A DNA stretch of 53,598 nt from Candidatus Thorarchaeota archaeon (GCA_048882325.1 JBHLRS010000022.1:1-53598); one strand, 5' to 3'; positions 18,595-29,047 are shown, numbered from the stretch's first letter. Numbers and translations: made by a program. Notes: generated by a model not told the origin, from the sequence alone.

Positions 18595-18903
18595 GATAGA
18601 ATGAGCTCCGGATAAGAGTGAAAGTTTGTGCTTTTCACTCTATCCGAATTTAAGGAGGGAAGAATGGATGCTTACCTATCGAAGCGAGAACGATAGACGA
18701 CAGACATGCCAGTACGACTCCTTTGCTGTGGAAGATTTCTCCACCTTCTTGGGGATGCTTTTTCACATGCCATATCGATGCACCTTCACATCATATAGGA
18801 TACTGAAAGAATATGATTTCACGTACAGTGGCGACTGAGATAATACGGATGAGATATTTCGTAATCTTCCGAAAACTGAAGTGCTCCCTTCACAAAAAGG
18901 GAT

Positions 18904-19830
18904 TCAAAATCCAGCTTCACGAATCATCTCATCGAGCTTGGATTCTGCAAAATACGGGAACTTCAGATTCGAGTATGAAACAAGAGTTGTTGTAGATTTT
19001 ACAAAAGGCTTACATCTGATGTGACGTGCAATAGCCTCTGCTTGATGTAAATCGTCTACGACAAATTCAGCATAGATTATTGCGTCTGTTGCTGATACTG
19101 TTGGATCCCAGAGCTCAAGTGAGAACTTATCCTGTAACCACTTTACTATATCCTCTAGTGTTGTTTCATCCTCATTCCATTCGAAACGAACATAAAAATT
19201 CACAAAATGACCAGCAGCCGTGTCAGGTCTGGCAGAGAAGTGGATACCCCCACCTTCCATAAGCTCACGAATAGCTCGTCTAACTGTCTTTGGTGCTAGA
19301 TTCGTATCAGCTGCAATATCGTTGATCAATGCACGAGGATTCTTCTGCAGCACAGCGAGAATACGAAAATGAAGCTTAGTGAGTTTCATCTTCTGGCCAT
19401 GTTTCCAAAGTATTGTGCGAACTTCAACATCTCGAACCTCTGGGGGATTATGTAGAAACGTTCGTAGTTCGGATAGCATTGAGGACCCAATATATTGCCC
19501 CCAAAGAAGATATGCCCCACCATCTGCACTGGCTAAGAGACTGATATGACCGACCATGGGGCTCTCCCCCATCTTTCCAAGATATTGGTCAATATCTTCA
19601 GTCCCATCAGTAATAACGAGCGCAATGAAATGCTCAGCATTTATCATCGCGGCGCTGAGAGAGATAGCAAAACGAGAGATTGCTCCACTATCCAAGAGCG
19701 CCTGAACTCTATTCTTGACAGCATTGGAACTAAGACCAATCTTTCGAGAGAGGTCACGGTAGCTAATTCTGCAGTTGGTAGCTATCTCAATCATGATTGT
19801 CTTGTCTATAAGATCCAACTCATTTGCCAC
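18904..19830 (-). CDS. Tandem (double) Lrp/AsnC-type winged-helix regulator
   Basis: LDLIDKTI...NCRISYRDLSRKIGLSSNAVKNRV and a second module LQKNPRALINDIAADTNLAPKTVRRAI. Confidence 0.9.
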   Translation of the reverse strand: MANELDLIDKTIMIEIATNCRISYRDLSRKIGLSSNAVKNRVQALLDSGAISRFAISLSAAMINAEHFIALVITDGTEDIDQYLGKMGESPMVGHISLLASADGGAYLLWGQYIGSSMLSELRTFLHNPPEVRDVEVRTILWKHGQKMKLTKLHFRILAVLQKNPRALINDIAADTNLAPKTVRRAIRELMEGGGIHFSARPDTAAGHFVNFYVRFEWNEDETTLEDIVKWLQDKFSLELWDPTVSATDAIIYAEFVVDDLHQAEAIARHIRCKPFVKSTTTLVSYSNLKFPYFAESKLDEMIREAGF

Positions 19831-19880
19831 CTGATTCTACTTGCAGGACATCGTCCTGTTAGTATTTTCCATATCGGTGG

Positions 19881-20288
19881 TTACTCTAATGCCAGTCTTT
19901 CAGATGTTTCAAGGTACATCCGTAGAGTATCAACGTGTGACCGTAGCTGAGCTACACTACCATCATGACCTAGAGTGAATGCGCTAGGACCTATCCTCCT
20001 GCCACGTTTGAATGCTGTATAGAAACAAGCCTCAATTCCTTTGGCTCCAAGAGTGTGTGCGCGTTCGCCCACTGTCATGATAAGGTCAAGATCCTCCTGA
20101 GACTCAACACAGAGATAGTAAGCAGGACGATTTGGATGTGACGTGTCAGTGAACTTGACTATACGGGAACCCTCAGGGAACTGTTGATTGAGACATGGGT
20201 TGCATCTCCATTCTCCACCATCAGAGAAGGAGTTGTACACATACTGAACGTTCTCAGTTGACCCACATAAATCGCAAGTCTTTGTCAT
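19881..20288 (-). CDS. Hypothetical protein with an N-terminal zinc ribbon
   Basis: CDLC-x19-CNPC directly after ATG 20288 (MTKTC). Confidence 0.7.
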   Translation of the reverse strand: MTKTCDLCGSTENVQYVYNSFSDGGEWRCNPCLNQQFPEGSRIVKFTDTSHPNRPAYYLCVESQEDLDLIMTVGERAHTLGAKGIEACFYTAFKRGRRIGPSAFTLGHDGSVAQLRSHVDTLRMYLETSERLALE

Positions 20289-20429
20289 GGTTCTGCCCCT
20301 TTTATTGTTCTCAGATAGGGGAAAACTAGGAATCCAAGAACTTGAGATGTTATATTCCCCCAGTGATACAAGGTGAACCAATCGAATACTTAATTAACAA
20401 TGGTTAATTCATAAGATTGTGGTGTTCCG

Positions 20430-21089
20430 ATGAAGCTCACAAAATCGATTTGCAGTAGAGAGATAAAGAAGACTAAGGTTCTTGACTCGTCAGGAGAGGT
20501 CGTGGGAAAAGTGAAAGACCTCACTTTCTCATTTGATGGAGAGCTCAAGCTGTCCAAGTTCATACTTGGAGGATCGAGATGGGAAGAGTTTCTTGAATCA
20601 GTCAAGATTCGACCAGACAAAGATCCAGTCTTCGACGGTTCATTGATTGATCACATTGATGATCATGTGCATCTTAACACCACAGTAGCATCACTAAAGA
20701 CAACTCACGACAAGGATGCCATTCCGGAGGGAGATATCAGACTCTCAAAGATTGAGAAGATGGATATTGTCGATGACTCTGAGCAGAAGGTTGGTCGAGC
20801 AATCGCAGTCAATTTCAATCTCGACGGGTCAGTTTCGATGATTGTTGGAGGCGGCTTTATTGAGGAGAAACTAGAGGCTGCTGGACTGAAAACAGATGTA
20901 GATGTTATCGTACCCGGGCATGTGATAGCTTCAATTAGTGATAAAGTACATCTCATCGTATCCGCAGACTCACTTGAAACAACAATGGATGATGCTTTGA
21001 GGCATGAAGAAGAGGTCAGAGCTCGAAGAGAGCAGCCTGTTCAGAGGGATGTGGCTAAAGTCCAGCTCTTCACCCATCGTCCAATGTAA
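20430..21089 (+). CDS. Tandem PRC-barrel protein
   Basis: Two repeats: KVLDSSGEVVGKVKDL...ILGG and DIVDDSEQKVGRAIAV...IVGG. Confidence 0.85.
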   Translation: MKLTKSICSREIKKTKVLDSSGEVVGKVKDLTFSFDGELKLSKFILGGSRWEEFLESVKIRPDKDPVFDGSLIDHIDDHVHLNTTVASLKTTHDKDAIPEGDIRLSKIEKMDIVDDSEQKVGRAIAVNFNLDGSVSMIVGGGFIEEKLEAAGLKTDVDVIVPGHVIASISDKVHLIVSADSLETTMDDALRHEEEVRARREQPVQRDVAKVQLFTHRPM

Positions 21090-21149
21090 ATGACCACATC
21101 GATTTTCACTCCTCATTACTCATACATATAACGTTCGAGAGTCATCGAA

Positions 21150-21542
21150 ATGATTATGCCCGATGATAGTGATATTGACCTTGGTTGGTTCACTCTGTGT
21201 TTTGATGTCAAGGACATGGGGAAAGCACTAGAATTCTATAGGCAATTGCGATTCAGTATTGAAACCGGTGGTATAGAAGAGGGGGGGTGTCAGGTCACAA
21301 ACGGAAACGTTAGACTCACATTCTTTTCTAATGGTTTCATCCAGAAGGAGTTTGGAGTATCTCACCTGTTCAACTTTAGAGGTGGAGATGTCAGGACAAA
21401 CTTCGAGAATCTGAAGAAGCTGGGAATATCGTTCACCCAAGACCTCAAAATCCATGAAGATGGGAGCATAGACGCTAAGTTTGAAGATCTAGATGGAAAC
21501 GTAATCTATCTTGACACACATCCGAGTGAGGTCCAAGATTGA
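21150..21542 (+). CDS. VOC/glyoxalase-family protein
   Basis: DVKDMGKALEFYRQLRF and FEDLDGNVIYL. Confidence 0.88.
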   Translation: MIMPDDSDIDLGWFTLCFDVKDMGKALEFYRQLRFSIETGGIEEGGCQVTNGNVRLTFFSNGFIQKEFGVSHLFNFRGGDVRTNFENLKKLGISFTQDLKIHEDGSIDAKFEDLDGNVIYLDTHPSEVQD

Positions 21543-21587
21543 GTGTCAGGTAAGCAGTTACCAATCATTGAGGACCGGGGAGGACTT

Positions 21588-22295
21588 CTAAACCATGTTC
21601 AAATTCGGCCCCTGAACAACCTCTGAATGATACACCTTTGCGGGAGTTCGTTTCCTCCACAAGACAATTACTACGCTAGAAACAACCAATGCGCCAAATC
21701 CTGCAATTGCGAGAGGAACAATAAGATTGGGAGTTGACTTTCGCTCTAGCACAACACGTGAAACCTCAAGACCGGAACTAGCCTCCCATACCATTTTGTT
21801 AAGCATTCCATCGGACTTTGAGAAATGTGTATGTGTTTGGATGATATAGTCTCCAAAGAAACTTGTTCCTGTTTGATGAATGCTCCATGCTGCGGGTGTT
21901 TGTGAAACACTCCTGTCATCAAACCCTTCCCAGGCAGTAACGAAAATGTTTGTTATCAATGACCAGTTGCCAGCAGGAAGACCTGTGGGAAAATGACCCA
22001 TATAGTCAAGCCAAAGACCATCGATGTAAGTATCATTCTCGTCAAAGACAGCTACTGCTGCAAATGAGATGTCTTCTGGACCATTCACAATATCGGGAAT
22101 TTCAGGAAGGTCGACAATGACATAATACAAATCAAAACTCACCGATTGACCGCCTCCTGTCGCCTTAATGGTGTAATTAAGTATTTGACCTTCGACTACG
22201 CCCCAATACAAACCATGTTGTGGTTGGGCATTTGCTTGGATTGGAGAAACAATGACTAGTGTACACAATATCAAGATCAGGGTGAATCTTCTCAT
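21588..22295 (-). CDS. Secreted, C-terminally anchored hypothetical protein
   Basis: Signal peptide ending ANA, LYWGVVEGQILNY, and a TM helix followed by WRKR. Confidence 0.85.
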   Translation of the reverse strand: MRRFTLILILCTLVIVSPIQANAQPQHGLYWGVVEGQILNYTIKATGGGQSVSFDLYYVIVDLPEIPDIVNGPEDISFAAVAVFDENDTYIDGLWLDYMGHFPTGLPAGNWSLITNIFVTAWEGFDDRSVSQTPAAWSIHQTGTSFFGDYIIQTHTHFSKSDGMLNKMVWEASSGLEVSRVVLERKSTPNLIVPLAIAGFGALVVSSVVIVLWRKRTPAKVYHSEVVQGPNLNMV

Positions 22296-22383
22296 TTTTC
22301 CCAGAAACCTCCACCAAGATTGGTTGGTCCGCTCCCTCTATTATTTCTTGTGAGCTGCCTATCCAGCGCCTAATTTTCAGCTT

Positions 22384-22394
22384 AAAGTTTATAT
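22384..22394 (+). promoter_or_regulatory. BRE/TATA-like promoter for 22484..22678
   Basis: AAAG followed by TTTATAT, about 90 bp upstream of the start. Confidence 0.5.
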
Positions 22395-22442
22395 TTCCTC
22401 AAGGGAACCCGAGTTAGTGATTTATGTGGACTGGAGAGGCTA

Positions 22443-22467
22443 GCGATGCTGCCCGAGGGGCCATCGC
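22443..22467 (+). promoter_or_regulatory. GC-rich 5'-leader hairpin
   Basis: GCGATG/CATCGC outer stem and GCCC/GGGC inner stem, ending 16 nt before the TTG. Confidence 0.5.
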
Positions 22468-22483
22468 AGGATGAAATTAGGTT

Positions 22484-22678
22484 TTGCCACACAAGAAAGG
22501 CCGTGGCGGCCAGAAAAAAATCAGAGTTCGCGAGGTGGGTAGCAAGATCTATCCTCACAGAATGAACCGCTGCAGTGTCAATGTTGCTCCCAAGTGCAAA
22601 GGCTGGGTCAATGCTAACACCATGCCTGTATCTGGTATTTGCAAGCGCTGCTGGCAGGTCATGAACTCCCGTAAATGA
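22484..22678 (+). CDS. Small, highly basic four-cysteine protein (64 aa)
   Basis: MPHKKGRGGQKK...C-x7-C...CKRC, with its own promoter and terminator; TTG start. Confidence 0.75.
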   Translation: MPHKKGRGGQKKIRVREVGSKIYPHRMNRCSVNVAPKCKGWVNANTMPVSGICKRCWQVMNSRK

Positions 22679-22685
22679 ACAAACA

Positions 22686-22714
22686 GGGGGACACTCCCCC
22701 GACTATTCTTTTTT
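22686..22714 (+). terminator. Hairpin + T-tract terminator
   Basis: GGGGG-ACACT-CCCCC then TTCTTTTTT, between convergent genes. Confidence 0.7.
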
Positions 22715-22717
22715 CAA

Positions 22718-22963
22718 CTATGCCGGAATGTAGATCCATTGCCGCATGTCTTGAAGGCAAGGTATTCGGCGAATCAGGTTCTTCTTCAGTAGTTTCCGTA
22801 GCGCGTATCTCACTGTTCGAGGTGCAAAGTGCACTTCACCTAAGAGCTGCTTGGGTGTTACACCATTCTCTCCCTGTGACCGCAATATGTTCAGTACAAT
22901 CTCCTGACTCTTGGTCAGCTTGGAAGCCCTTACCTTTAGCTCAAACTCTTCTTTATTCATCAT
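22718..22963 (-). CDS. Small winged-helix (MarR/ArsR-like) DNA-binding protein
   Basis: LTKSQEIVL...TPKQL...APRTVRYALRKL...DMRQWIY, a common archaeal wHTH pattern. Confidence 0.88.
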   Translation of the reverse strand: MMNKEEFELKVRASKLTKSQEIVLNILRSQGENGVTPKQLLGEVHFAPRTVRYALRKLLKKNLIRRIPCLQDMRQWIYIPA

Positions 22964-23184
22964 TGGTAAAAACACCAACTATACTAATATTCGTTTGAAA
23001 TAACTTGTATATAACTATTTCTACAAAAACTCTAAGAAAAATTAACCCTGTTAAGACCTTGCCTTTGTGAGATTTTCGAGGGAATGCTGATTTATGGATT
23101 TTCCTCATCATCAGAAAGGTTGATGCCTGATTCCATTTCCTCATAGGAAGGAGCTTCAAGTTTGTCTGAGTCTTCCATATCATG

Positions 23185-23298
23185 CTACTGGGATCTTACA
23201 AAGAATGCCCTAACCAAATATGCAATGATTAATGCACCAATAGCGAGAAGTAGGTAAAGAATATTCTTTCCAAACCAATCTATGTAGTCAAATTGCAT
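23185..23298 (-). CDS. 37-aa single-TM peptide (68 aa, to 23092, if the TAG is read through)
   Basis: Not in the track. GAGGTGA RBS, then MQFDYIDWFGKNILYLLLAIGALIIAYLVRAFFVRSQ*. Confidence 0.65.
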   Translation of the reverse strand: MQFDYIDWFGKNILYLLLAIGALIIAYLVRAFFVRSQ

Positions 23299-23391
23299 TC
23301 GCCTGTCACCTCTGGGGTGCTCCTTCGTTTTGTAATATGTTGCAGCTGAATACGAAACAGGTGGTGTTCATTTAAATATTCTAATTGGAAA

Positions 23392-25026
23392 ATGAGGGAG
23401 GGTATTCTCGTGAAAAAGCAACAACTGACAGCCATTATTCTTTGTCTAGTAATAATCGTTTCAGGAATCGTCGTATACTATTATCTATTCAACAACGATG
23501 ACGGAGGTGGTGAACCCATCTATAAAGGTGGACAACTAACTCAAGACGAAACATGGTCAGGAAATATCTTTGTTTATAATCACATAGTTGTTCCCGCGGG
23601 TATCACTTTGACAATTGAACCTGGCACCAGATTATTCTTCAATCCAAGCAGAAATTACACAAATCTAAACAAGCTAAGCCTTCATATAATGGGGGGCACG
23701 CTTAATGCTACTGGGACAGCGGATGATCCCATTTGGTTCACATCTGACTCGGATGATCCGATTAATGGAGATTGGCAAGGTATTGAATTCGCAAATTCAA
23801 ATGATTCAATCATCAAGTATGCGATAGTTGAATATGCGTTCATCGGCATCATGCTACAGCAATCAAAGGTTGATATCAGTCACTCAATTGTAAGGTGGGT
23901 AAATGCAGAGGGGATATATTGCGAACGCTCCAGTCCAGTTATTGAGTCTAACTTACTGTATCAAAACGGATACCATGAGATTGCACTTGAACAGCACAAT
24001 CCCAACGTAACAATCAAAAACAACATTTTCGCAGGAGGTCATGTCCCGTTCATTGTTTTTGATTCTAATGCAACTTTGACAGGGAATTATTTCTACAACT
24101 ACAATAATACTGAGCAACCTGCAGTTTCAGTAGCTGGTCAAGCAAATGCTACAGTCATAAACAACAGGTTTTCTGGATTTAATAATGAAACAGCAATAAT
24201 GAGATTGTCCAATAGTTGCATTCTTGTAGAATCGAATAACGATTATGGTGAAGGATTCATTCCAATACCTCAACTTGATTTTGAAGATCGAAAAATCACA
24301 GACCTAGGATATACTCCTGGGGATCCCGAAGATCGATGTATGTATGTCTATCCTCCTGAGGATGCAACTCGGAGGGTAGTAAAAAGAATCGGCCAAGGTT
24401 TTGGTTTTGGATGGTCGCTTGAATATGCAAATGGATATCTTTGGAAATTAGGATCAGGGGATCTAGTTCGAATTGACCCCAATACTGAGGAGAATAAAAC
24501 GTATACATTTGACACTGCCAATCTACTTGGTCCGAGAGGATTTTGTTACGATGGAGAATTCTTCTGGGCAAATGACCATTCTCTGAGAAAAGTAGTGAAA
24601 TTCAAAGTGAACGAAACAGATATGGAATTTCATGGGTCATTTCAGGTTCCTGAACCAGATGTGGGTATGGCATCGGGATTAGCCACAGATGGAACGTATC
24701 TCTACATGACGAACCTACTTGGTACGAAATTGTATGAACTGCATAAGAATGGAACAACAAATGGAATCGCAAACATCACTGGTTTTGTAGCAGAGAGTGA
24801 CTTTGTATGGAATGGAACGCATTTCATATCTAGTATTGGCTCAAGACTACTTGTTTGGACAAAATCAGGAAACATCGTAGGTAGTGTATATGAGGCCGCA
24901 GATGGCTGTTCAGCGATGGCATGGGATGGAACCTATGTTTGGGGCATATACAAAACATGCGAGTTATGGAATGATAACAAAATATTCCAAATTGAGTTAA
25001 AGGACACGCAACTAATTGGTCTTTGA
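23392..25026 (+). CDS. N-anchored extracellular protein: parallel beta-helix plus C-terminal beta-propeller-like domain
   Basis: TM helix; LTIEPGT and ATGTADDPIWFTS...GDWQGI (beta-helix); repeated GFCYDGEFFW / GLATDGTYLY / AMAWDGTYVW blades. The start may be GTG 23410. Confidence 0.85.
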   Translation: MREGILVKKQQLTAIILCLVIIVSGIVVYYYLFNNDDGGGEPIYKGGQLTQDETWSGNIFVYNHIVVPAGITLTIEPGTRLFFNPSRNYTNLNKLSLHIMGGTLNATGTADDPIWFTSDSDDPINGDWQGIEFANSNDSIIKYAIVEYAFIGIMLQQSKVDISHSIVRWVNAEGIYCERSSPVIESNLLYQNGYHEIALEQHNPNVTIKNNIFAGGHVPFIVFDSNATLTGNYFYNYNNTEQPAVSVAGQANATVINNRFSGFNNETAIMRLSNSCILVESNNDYGEGFIPIPQLDFEDRKITDLGYTPGDPEDRCMYVYPPEDATRRVVKRIGQGFGFGWSLEYANGYLWKLGSGDLVRIDPNTEENKTYTFDTANLLGPRGFCYDGEFFWANDHSLRKVVKFKVNETDMEFHGSFQVPEPDVGMASGLATDGTYLYMTNLLGTKLYELHKNGTTNGIANITGFVAESDFVWNGTHFISSIGSRLLVWTKSGNIVGSVYEAADGCSAMAWDGTYVWGIYKTCELWNDNKIFQIELKDTQLIGL

Positions 25027-25110
25027 CCAACCTCGATTGCCTACTAGGAACTTGCATTCCTGATGAGGGAATCCAGAACGGAAACTGTAAATGATCATCA
25101 TCGTAATTCT

Positions 25111-26658
25111 CTACAGAGGAATATTCCCATGCTTCTTTGGAGGCCTATTCTGTCTCTTACTCGTAAGTAAATCAAGACCATTGCAAATTAGCTGACGAGT
25201 TTCATGAGGATAGATCACCTTGTCAATATAACCAAGTCCTGCAGCGATGTAGGGATTGGCAAACTGCTCCTTGTACTCTTTTACAAGCTCAGCGCGTTTC
25301 TTCTCCTTGTCCTTAGCTGCCTTAATCTCGTTTCTGAAGATGATGTTAATAGCTCCATCAGGACCCATCACAGCAATCTGTGAGCCAGGCCATGCATAGA
25401 CAAGATCAGCACCGATGTGCTTGGAACTCATAACATCATATGCTCCACCATAACCCTTGCGTGTGATGATGGTTATGAGGGGGACTGTTGCCTCCGCAAA
25501 GGCATAGAGAATCTTAGCGCCATGACGAATAATTCCACCCCACTCCTGAGCAGTCCCTGGAAGGTAACCTGGTACATCCATAAACGTGATGACTGGAATG
25601 TTGAAGGCATCACAGAATCTTACGAACCTTGCACACTTGTCTGACGCATTAATGTCAATGGTTCCAGCCAGATGCGCTGGATTATTTCCAACGATACCGA
25701 CTGAACGTCCGTCGAAGCGAGCAAATCCGGTAATCATGTTCTTTGCCCAATGCTCGTGGACCTCAAAGAACTCGCCATTGTCAACTAGTTTCGTCACAAC
25801 ATCTCGCATGTCATAGGGTTGATTGGCATCCTCAGGCACAAGGTCATCTATGGACTCGTCAATATCATTCGGAGCATGTCCTGTGTCAACACGAGGCGGT
25901 TCTTCTAGATTGTTGCTTGGAATGTAGCTCAGAAGTGTCTTGATCTGCATGATGCAGTCATCCTCATCCTCACTTGCGAATGATGCGACTCCACTCGTTG
26001 TATTGTGGGTCATGGCTCCACCCAGTTCTTCGAAGGTGACCTCCTCGCCAGTGACTGTCTTGATGACCTCCGGGCCGGTGATGAACATGTGGCTAGTGCC
26101 TTTCACCATAAGCGTGAAGTCTGTCACCGCTGGACTGTAGACAGCGCCACCTGCGCAAGGACCCATGATCGCAGAAATCTGCGGGATAACACCAGAGGCC
26201 AGTGTATTTCGCCTGAAAATCCAACAGTAGGATGCAAGGCTCTTCACACCCTCTTGGATGCGAGCACCTCCAGAGTCATTGAGCCCTATGACTGGAGCAC
26301 CGGTTTCCATTGCCATGTCCATGACCTTACAGATCTTGAGACCGTACATCTCAGCAAGGGACCCACCCCATACAGTGAAGTCTTGACTGAAGATGAACAC
26401 CTTCCGACCGTCAATGGTCCCGTAACCTGTGATGACACCGTCACCGAGAATCTTCTTGTCTTCCATGCCAAAGGCGGACTCTCGATGAACAACGAACTCA
26501 TCAATCTCTACGAAAGACCCGGGGTCGAGAAGCTTCTCAATTCTCTCCCTTGCTGTGTACTTGCCAGCATCATGCTGACGTTTCTTTCTCTCTTCGCCTC
26601 CAGCTTCAAGTGCTTTCTCTCTCATCTCAGCAAGCTTGTCGAACGATTCCTTTGGCAT
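25111..26658 (-). CDS. pccB: Acyl-CoA carboxyltransferase (PccB / MmdA / transcarboxylase 12S family)
   Basis: [50 protein letters not shown] and KKHGNIPL. Confidence 0.95.
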   Translation of the reverse strand: MPKESFDKLAEMREKALEAGGEERKKRQHDAGKYTARERIEKLLDPGSFVEIDEFVVHRESAFGMEDKKILGDGVITGYGTIDGRKVFIFSQDFTVWGGSLAEMYGLKICKVMDMAMETGAPVIGLNDSGGARIQEGVKSLASYCWIFRRNTLASGVIPQISAIMGPCAGGAVYSPAVTDFTLMVKGTSHMFITGPEVIKTVTGEEVTFEELGGAMTHNTTSGVASFASEDEDDCIMQIKTLLSYIPSNNLEEPPRVDTGHAPNDIDESIDDLVPEDANQPYDMRDVVTKLVDNGEFFEVHEHWAKNMITGFARFDGRSVGIVGNNPAHLAGTIDINASDKCARFVRFCDAFNIPVITFMDVPGYLPGTAQEWGGIIRHGAKILYAFAEATVPLITIITRKGYGGAYDVMSSKHIGADLVYAWPGSQIAVMGPDGAINIIFRNEIKAAKDKEKKRAELVKEYKEQFANPYIAAGLGYIDKVIYPHETRQLICNGLDLLTSKRQNRPPKKHGNIPL

Positions 26659-26736
26659 AGTGAGGTCCTCACGTTACCTCACGTGTTCTATGTGCCCAGT
26701 TTTGAATGTTCTGCTAACCGGGATTTTGAGATGTTT

Positions 26737-27552
26737 TCAGGGTGATTGTATTAGAGTTCCCTCAGATGTAAATGTTAGAAATGTGAAATAGGGAACATCG
26801 AGAATCTCATTGGTCGGATTCTCAACAAGAATACTGTACTCAGAAAGGAAAGTTTCACGATTGTCACCAGCGAAGTGGGTGGGAATTGTATACGTTGGTT
26901 GTATTACGTTGATTGATTGAACTATCGGATACAATGAGGCGTTCAGGTCACCCAAACCGCCATCAAAGTAAATCGGAAGAAAGGCTAGATCGATGGAACC
27001 GACAAGTTCCTCGTATTCATCAATATACTTGTTATCACCTGCGTGGTAGATGGTGAAACCGTCAATATCTATGATAAAGCTGGTCCAATTGGCTGATTCT
27101 GGATGGACCGATTGCACACCTGATGGGTAGTCAGGCAAGTACAGCGGGAAAGCTGTGATATTGATGCCTTCTACTAGAAAACTGTCACCTGGGTTGACTC
27201 CCACACCATCAAACCTATCGATTGCATCTGTCATGTTTGCTGGACAAACAAAGAGTGTGTCATTGGTCACTATATCATTGAGGTCTGAAACGCTGTAATG
27301 GTCAGTATGTGGATGTGTAATCAGAACAACATCTGCAGGCAGATCTGTGTAATTACTCGGGATATAGAGTGGATCAACGTATATTCGAACCCCATTTGCT
27401 TCAATCATGACACCAGCATTGAGTAAGAGCCTTACCTCAATCTCTTTGGCAGGTTCCTGTGCTGGATTCATCAATAGAAAAACTGAAGCTGAAGCAACAA
27501 TAACCCCAATCACCACTGCAAATGCATATTTGGAGTTGGTTGAGAGACTCAT
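26737..27552 (-). CDS. Membrane-anchored metallo-beta-lactamase-fold hydrolase
   Basis: N-terminal TM, ITHPHTDH, IYHAGD and IPTHF. Confidence 0.9.
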   Translation of the reverse strand: MSLSTNSKYAFAVVIGVIVASASVFLLMNPAQEPAKEIEVRLLLNAGVMIEANGVRIYVDPLYIPSNYTDLPADVVLITHPHTDHYSVSDLNDIVTNDTLFVCPANMTDAIDRFDGVGVNPGDSFLVEGINITAFPLYLPDYPSGVQSVHPESANWTSFIIDIDGFTIYHAGDNKYIDEYEELVGSIDLAFLPIYFDGGLGDLNASLYPIVQSINVIQPTYTIPTHFAGDNRETFLSEYSILVENPTNEILDVPYFTFLTFTSEGTLIQSP

Positions 27553-27780
27553 GTTTTGATTCTAGATTGTTGATTGAATATAAGAGAACATCTTGGCGCA
27601 ATTTACTCAAGTGTAATTAGAAACATACTCTCAATTTATTCCATCATGTGTAGGTATGGCTTTCTAAGGTCTGTATGATGCAGTTAGTATGAGATGCTCA
27701 CGTATTTCCATTCATCAAGGATTTGGTCAATTTCATCTCAGTAACAGAGGTTTGAATGATTAAGAAATGAGGACGAGCAA

Positions 27781-29025
27781 TCATCTATATCCACGCATGC
27801 GTGCTTGAAGCAGTGCTTCATTGACCTTATCTTCATCTACAATGATTGAAAGTTTCCTACCAGTTTCGTTTATCACATACTGAAGAGCGTCATAAAGGTC
27901 CCCATAATCACTTGGGCTCATGGTTTCATCAATTCGACATTCCAAACTGTATCCATCCTTAATTCGTACACGTGACAACCAGGGATGTGTCCAAATACCA
28001 TTCACGAATACGGTCAATATAGCTACTTTGAGAGTCTGTTGAGATACAAGGCGCTTGCATTGAGTCAGAAATCGATTAAGTATTGCTTCATGTCCTAGAA
28101 TCAGATTATGCTCAGGCGTCGTCTTCTGTAGAAATCCTTGAGTAATGAGAGAACCCAATTCAGAACGAATGACCTCTTCCCCAAGGTTCCATCTCGCCAA
28201 TATCTCTCCCAGTGGTTTTCTGCCATCTAGACCACCCACCACAAATAGTGTGTTCCTTGATAGACACAGTGGATTACCATCAGAAAAGATGGTGGAAAGA
28301 GACTTTTCTGTTGGTTTCAAGATGTCATCATCTGAAGGAACATATCGCATGTCTATACTATTGTTCCAATAGGCACGCATGACAATCTCTTTAGCTTCCT
28401 CAAAAGAGATACTCTGGCCAAGAGCAAACTCTTCAATCGTTATTGCTCTATCAAGCACTCTGAGAGCAGGGTATATCGTGTAGACTGGACCTGAATGTGA
28501 AATCGGGAGCACTCGTTCATCTTGGGCGTCTTTCGTTTTTATACAAGTTTTCGGAGAGATCTTCTCATCCAAGAAGACTCTCATGACAAACTCATCAAAT
28601 GAATCAAGTATTCCGCCCTCGAAGCATTCCGCTTCTCGGAATGCTTGAAAGGTGTTCTCGAATTCAGCCACTATTAACCGAACTTTGCTATGCAGGAGCC
28701 CATTATCACGCAAGACAACAAGAACAGCCGTGGTCCACTCTCCAGCTTCTACAATGAGAGTCGTGGTCGACCCATAAGTGGTCTTCCAACCAGATTCCTC
28801 AGAACTCAGAGCCTCACCCAGAAAACTTGTCATAGCTCCAATGAATCCAGACAATAGTTGAGGATCTAATTCCCCTTTAACAAACTCATGGGAGTATAAA
28901 GCCATCCCGTATGATCTATGGATGATGAACAATCCCTTTTCGTTTGATGCGGTTTGCTCTTTCCTCATCTTGATTATTTCTTTCGAGAGTACTCGTTCTT
29001 GAATCGCTACACCTTTCTTAGACAT
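27781..29025 (-). CDS. Longin-like domain + two winged-helix-like domains
   Basis: GLFIIHRSYGMALYSHEF...DPQLLSGFIGAMTSF is the typical Asgard longin pattern. wHTH-like segments: LDRAITIEEFA and LDGRKPLGEILARWNLGEEVIRSELGSLITQGFL. Confidence 0.75.
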   Translation of the reverse strand: MSKKGVAIQERVLSKEIIKMRKEQTASNEKGLFIIHRSYGMALYSHEFVKGELDPQLLSGFIGAMTSFLGEALSSEESGWKTTYGSTTTLIVEAGEWTTAVLVVLRDNGLLHSKVRLIVAEFENTFQAFREAECFEGGILDSFDEFVMRVFLDEKISPKTCIKTKDAQDERVLPISHSGPVYTIYPALRVLDRAITIEEFALGQSISFEEAKEIVMRAYWNNSIDMRYVPSDDDILKPTEKSLSTIFSDGNPLCLSRNTLFVVGGLDGRKPLGEILARWNLGEEVIRSELGSLITQGFLQKTTPEHNLILGHEAILNRFLTQCKRLVSQQTLKVAILTVFVNGIWTHPWLSRVRIKDGYSLECRIDETMSPSDYGDLYDALQYVINETGRKLSIIVDEDKVNEALLQARMRGYR

Positions 29026-29047
29026 CGTATTCTCCTCAGTTCTTTGA

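Noticed and set aside
22443-22467. Hairpin as a SECIS element or tRNA fragment
   Set aside because: It has no SECIS core motif, no associated in-frame UGA and no cloverleaf.
26005-26745. Long antisense ORFs (this one, also 49857..50504, 42028..42579, 51871..52416)
   Set aside because: They lie opposite well-supported genes and have no recognisable motifs.
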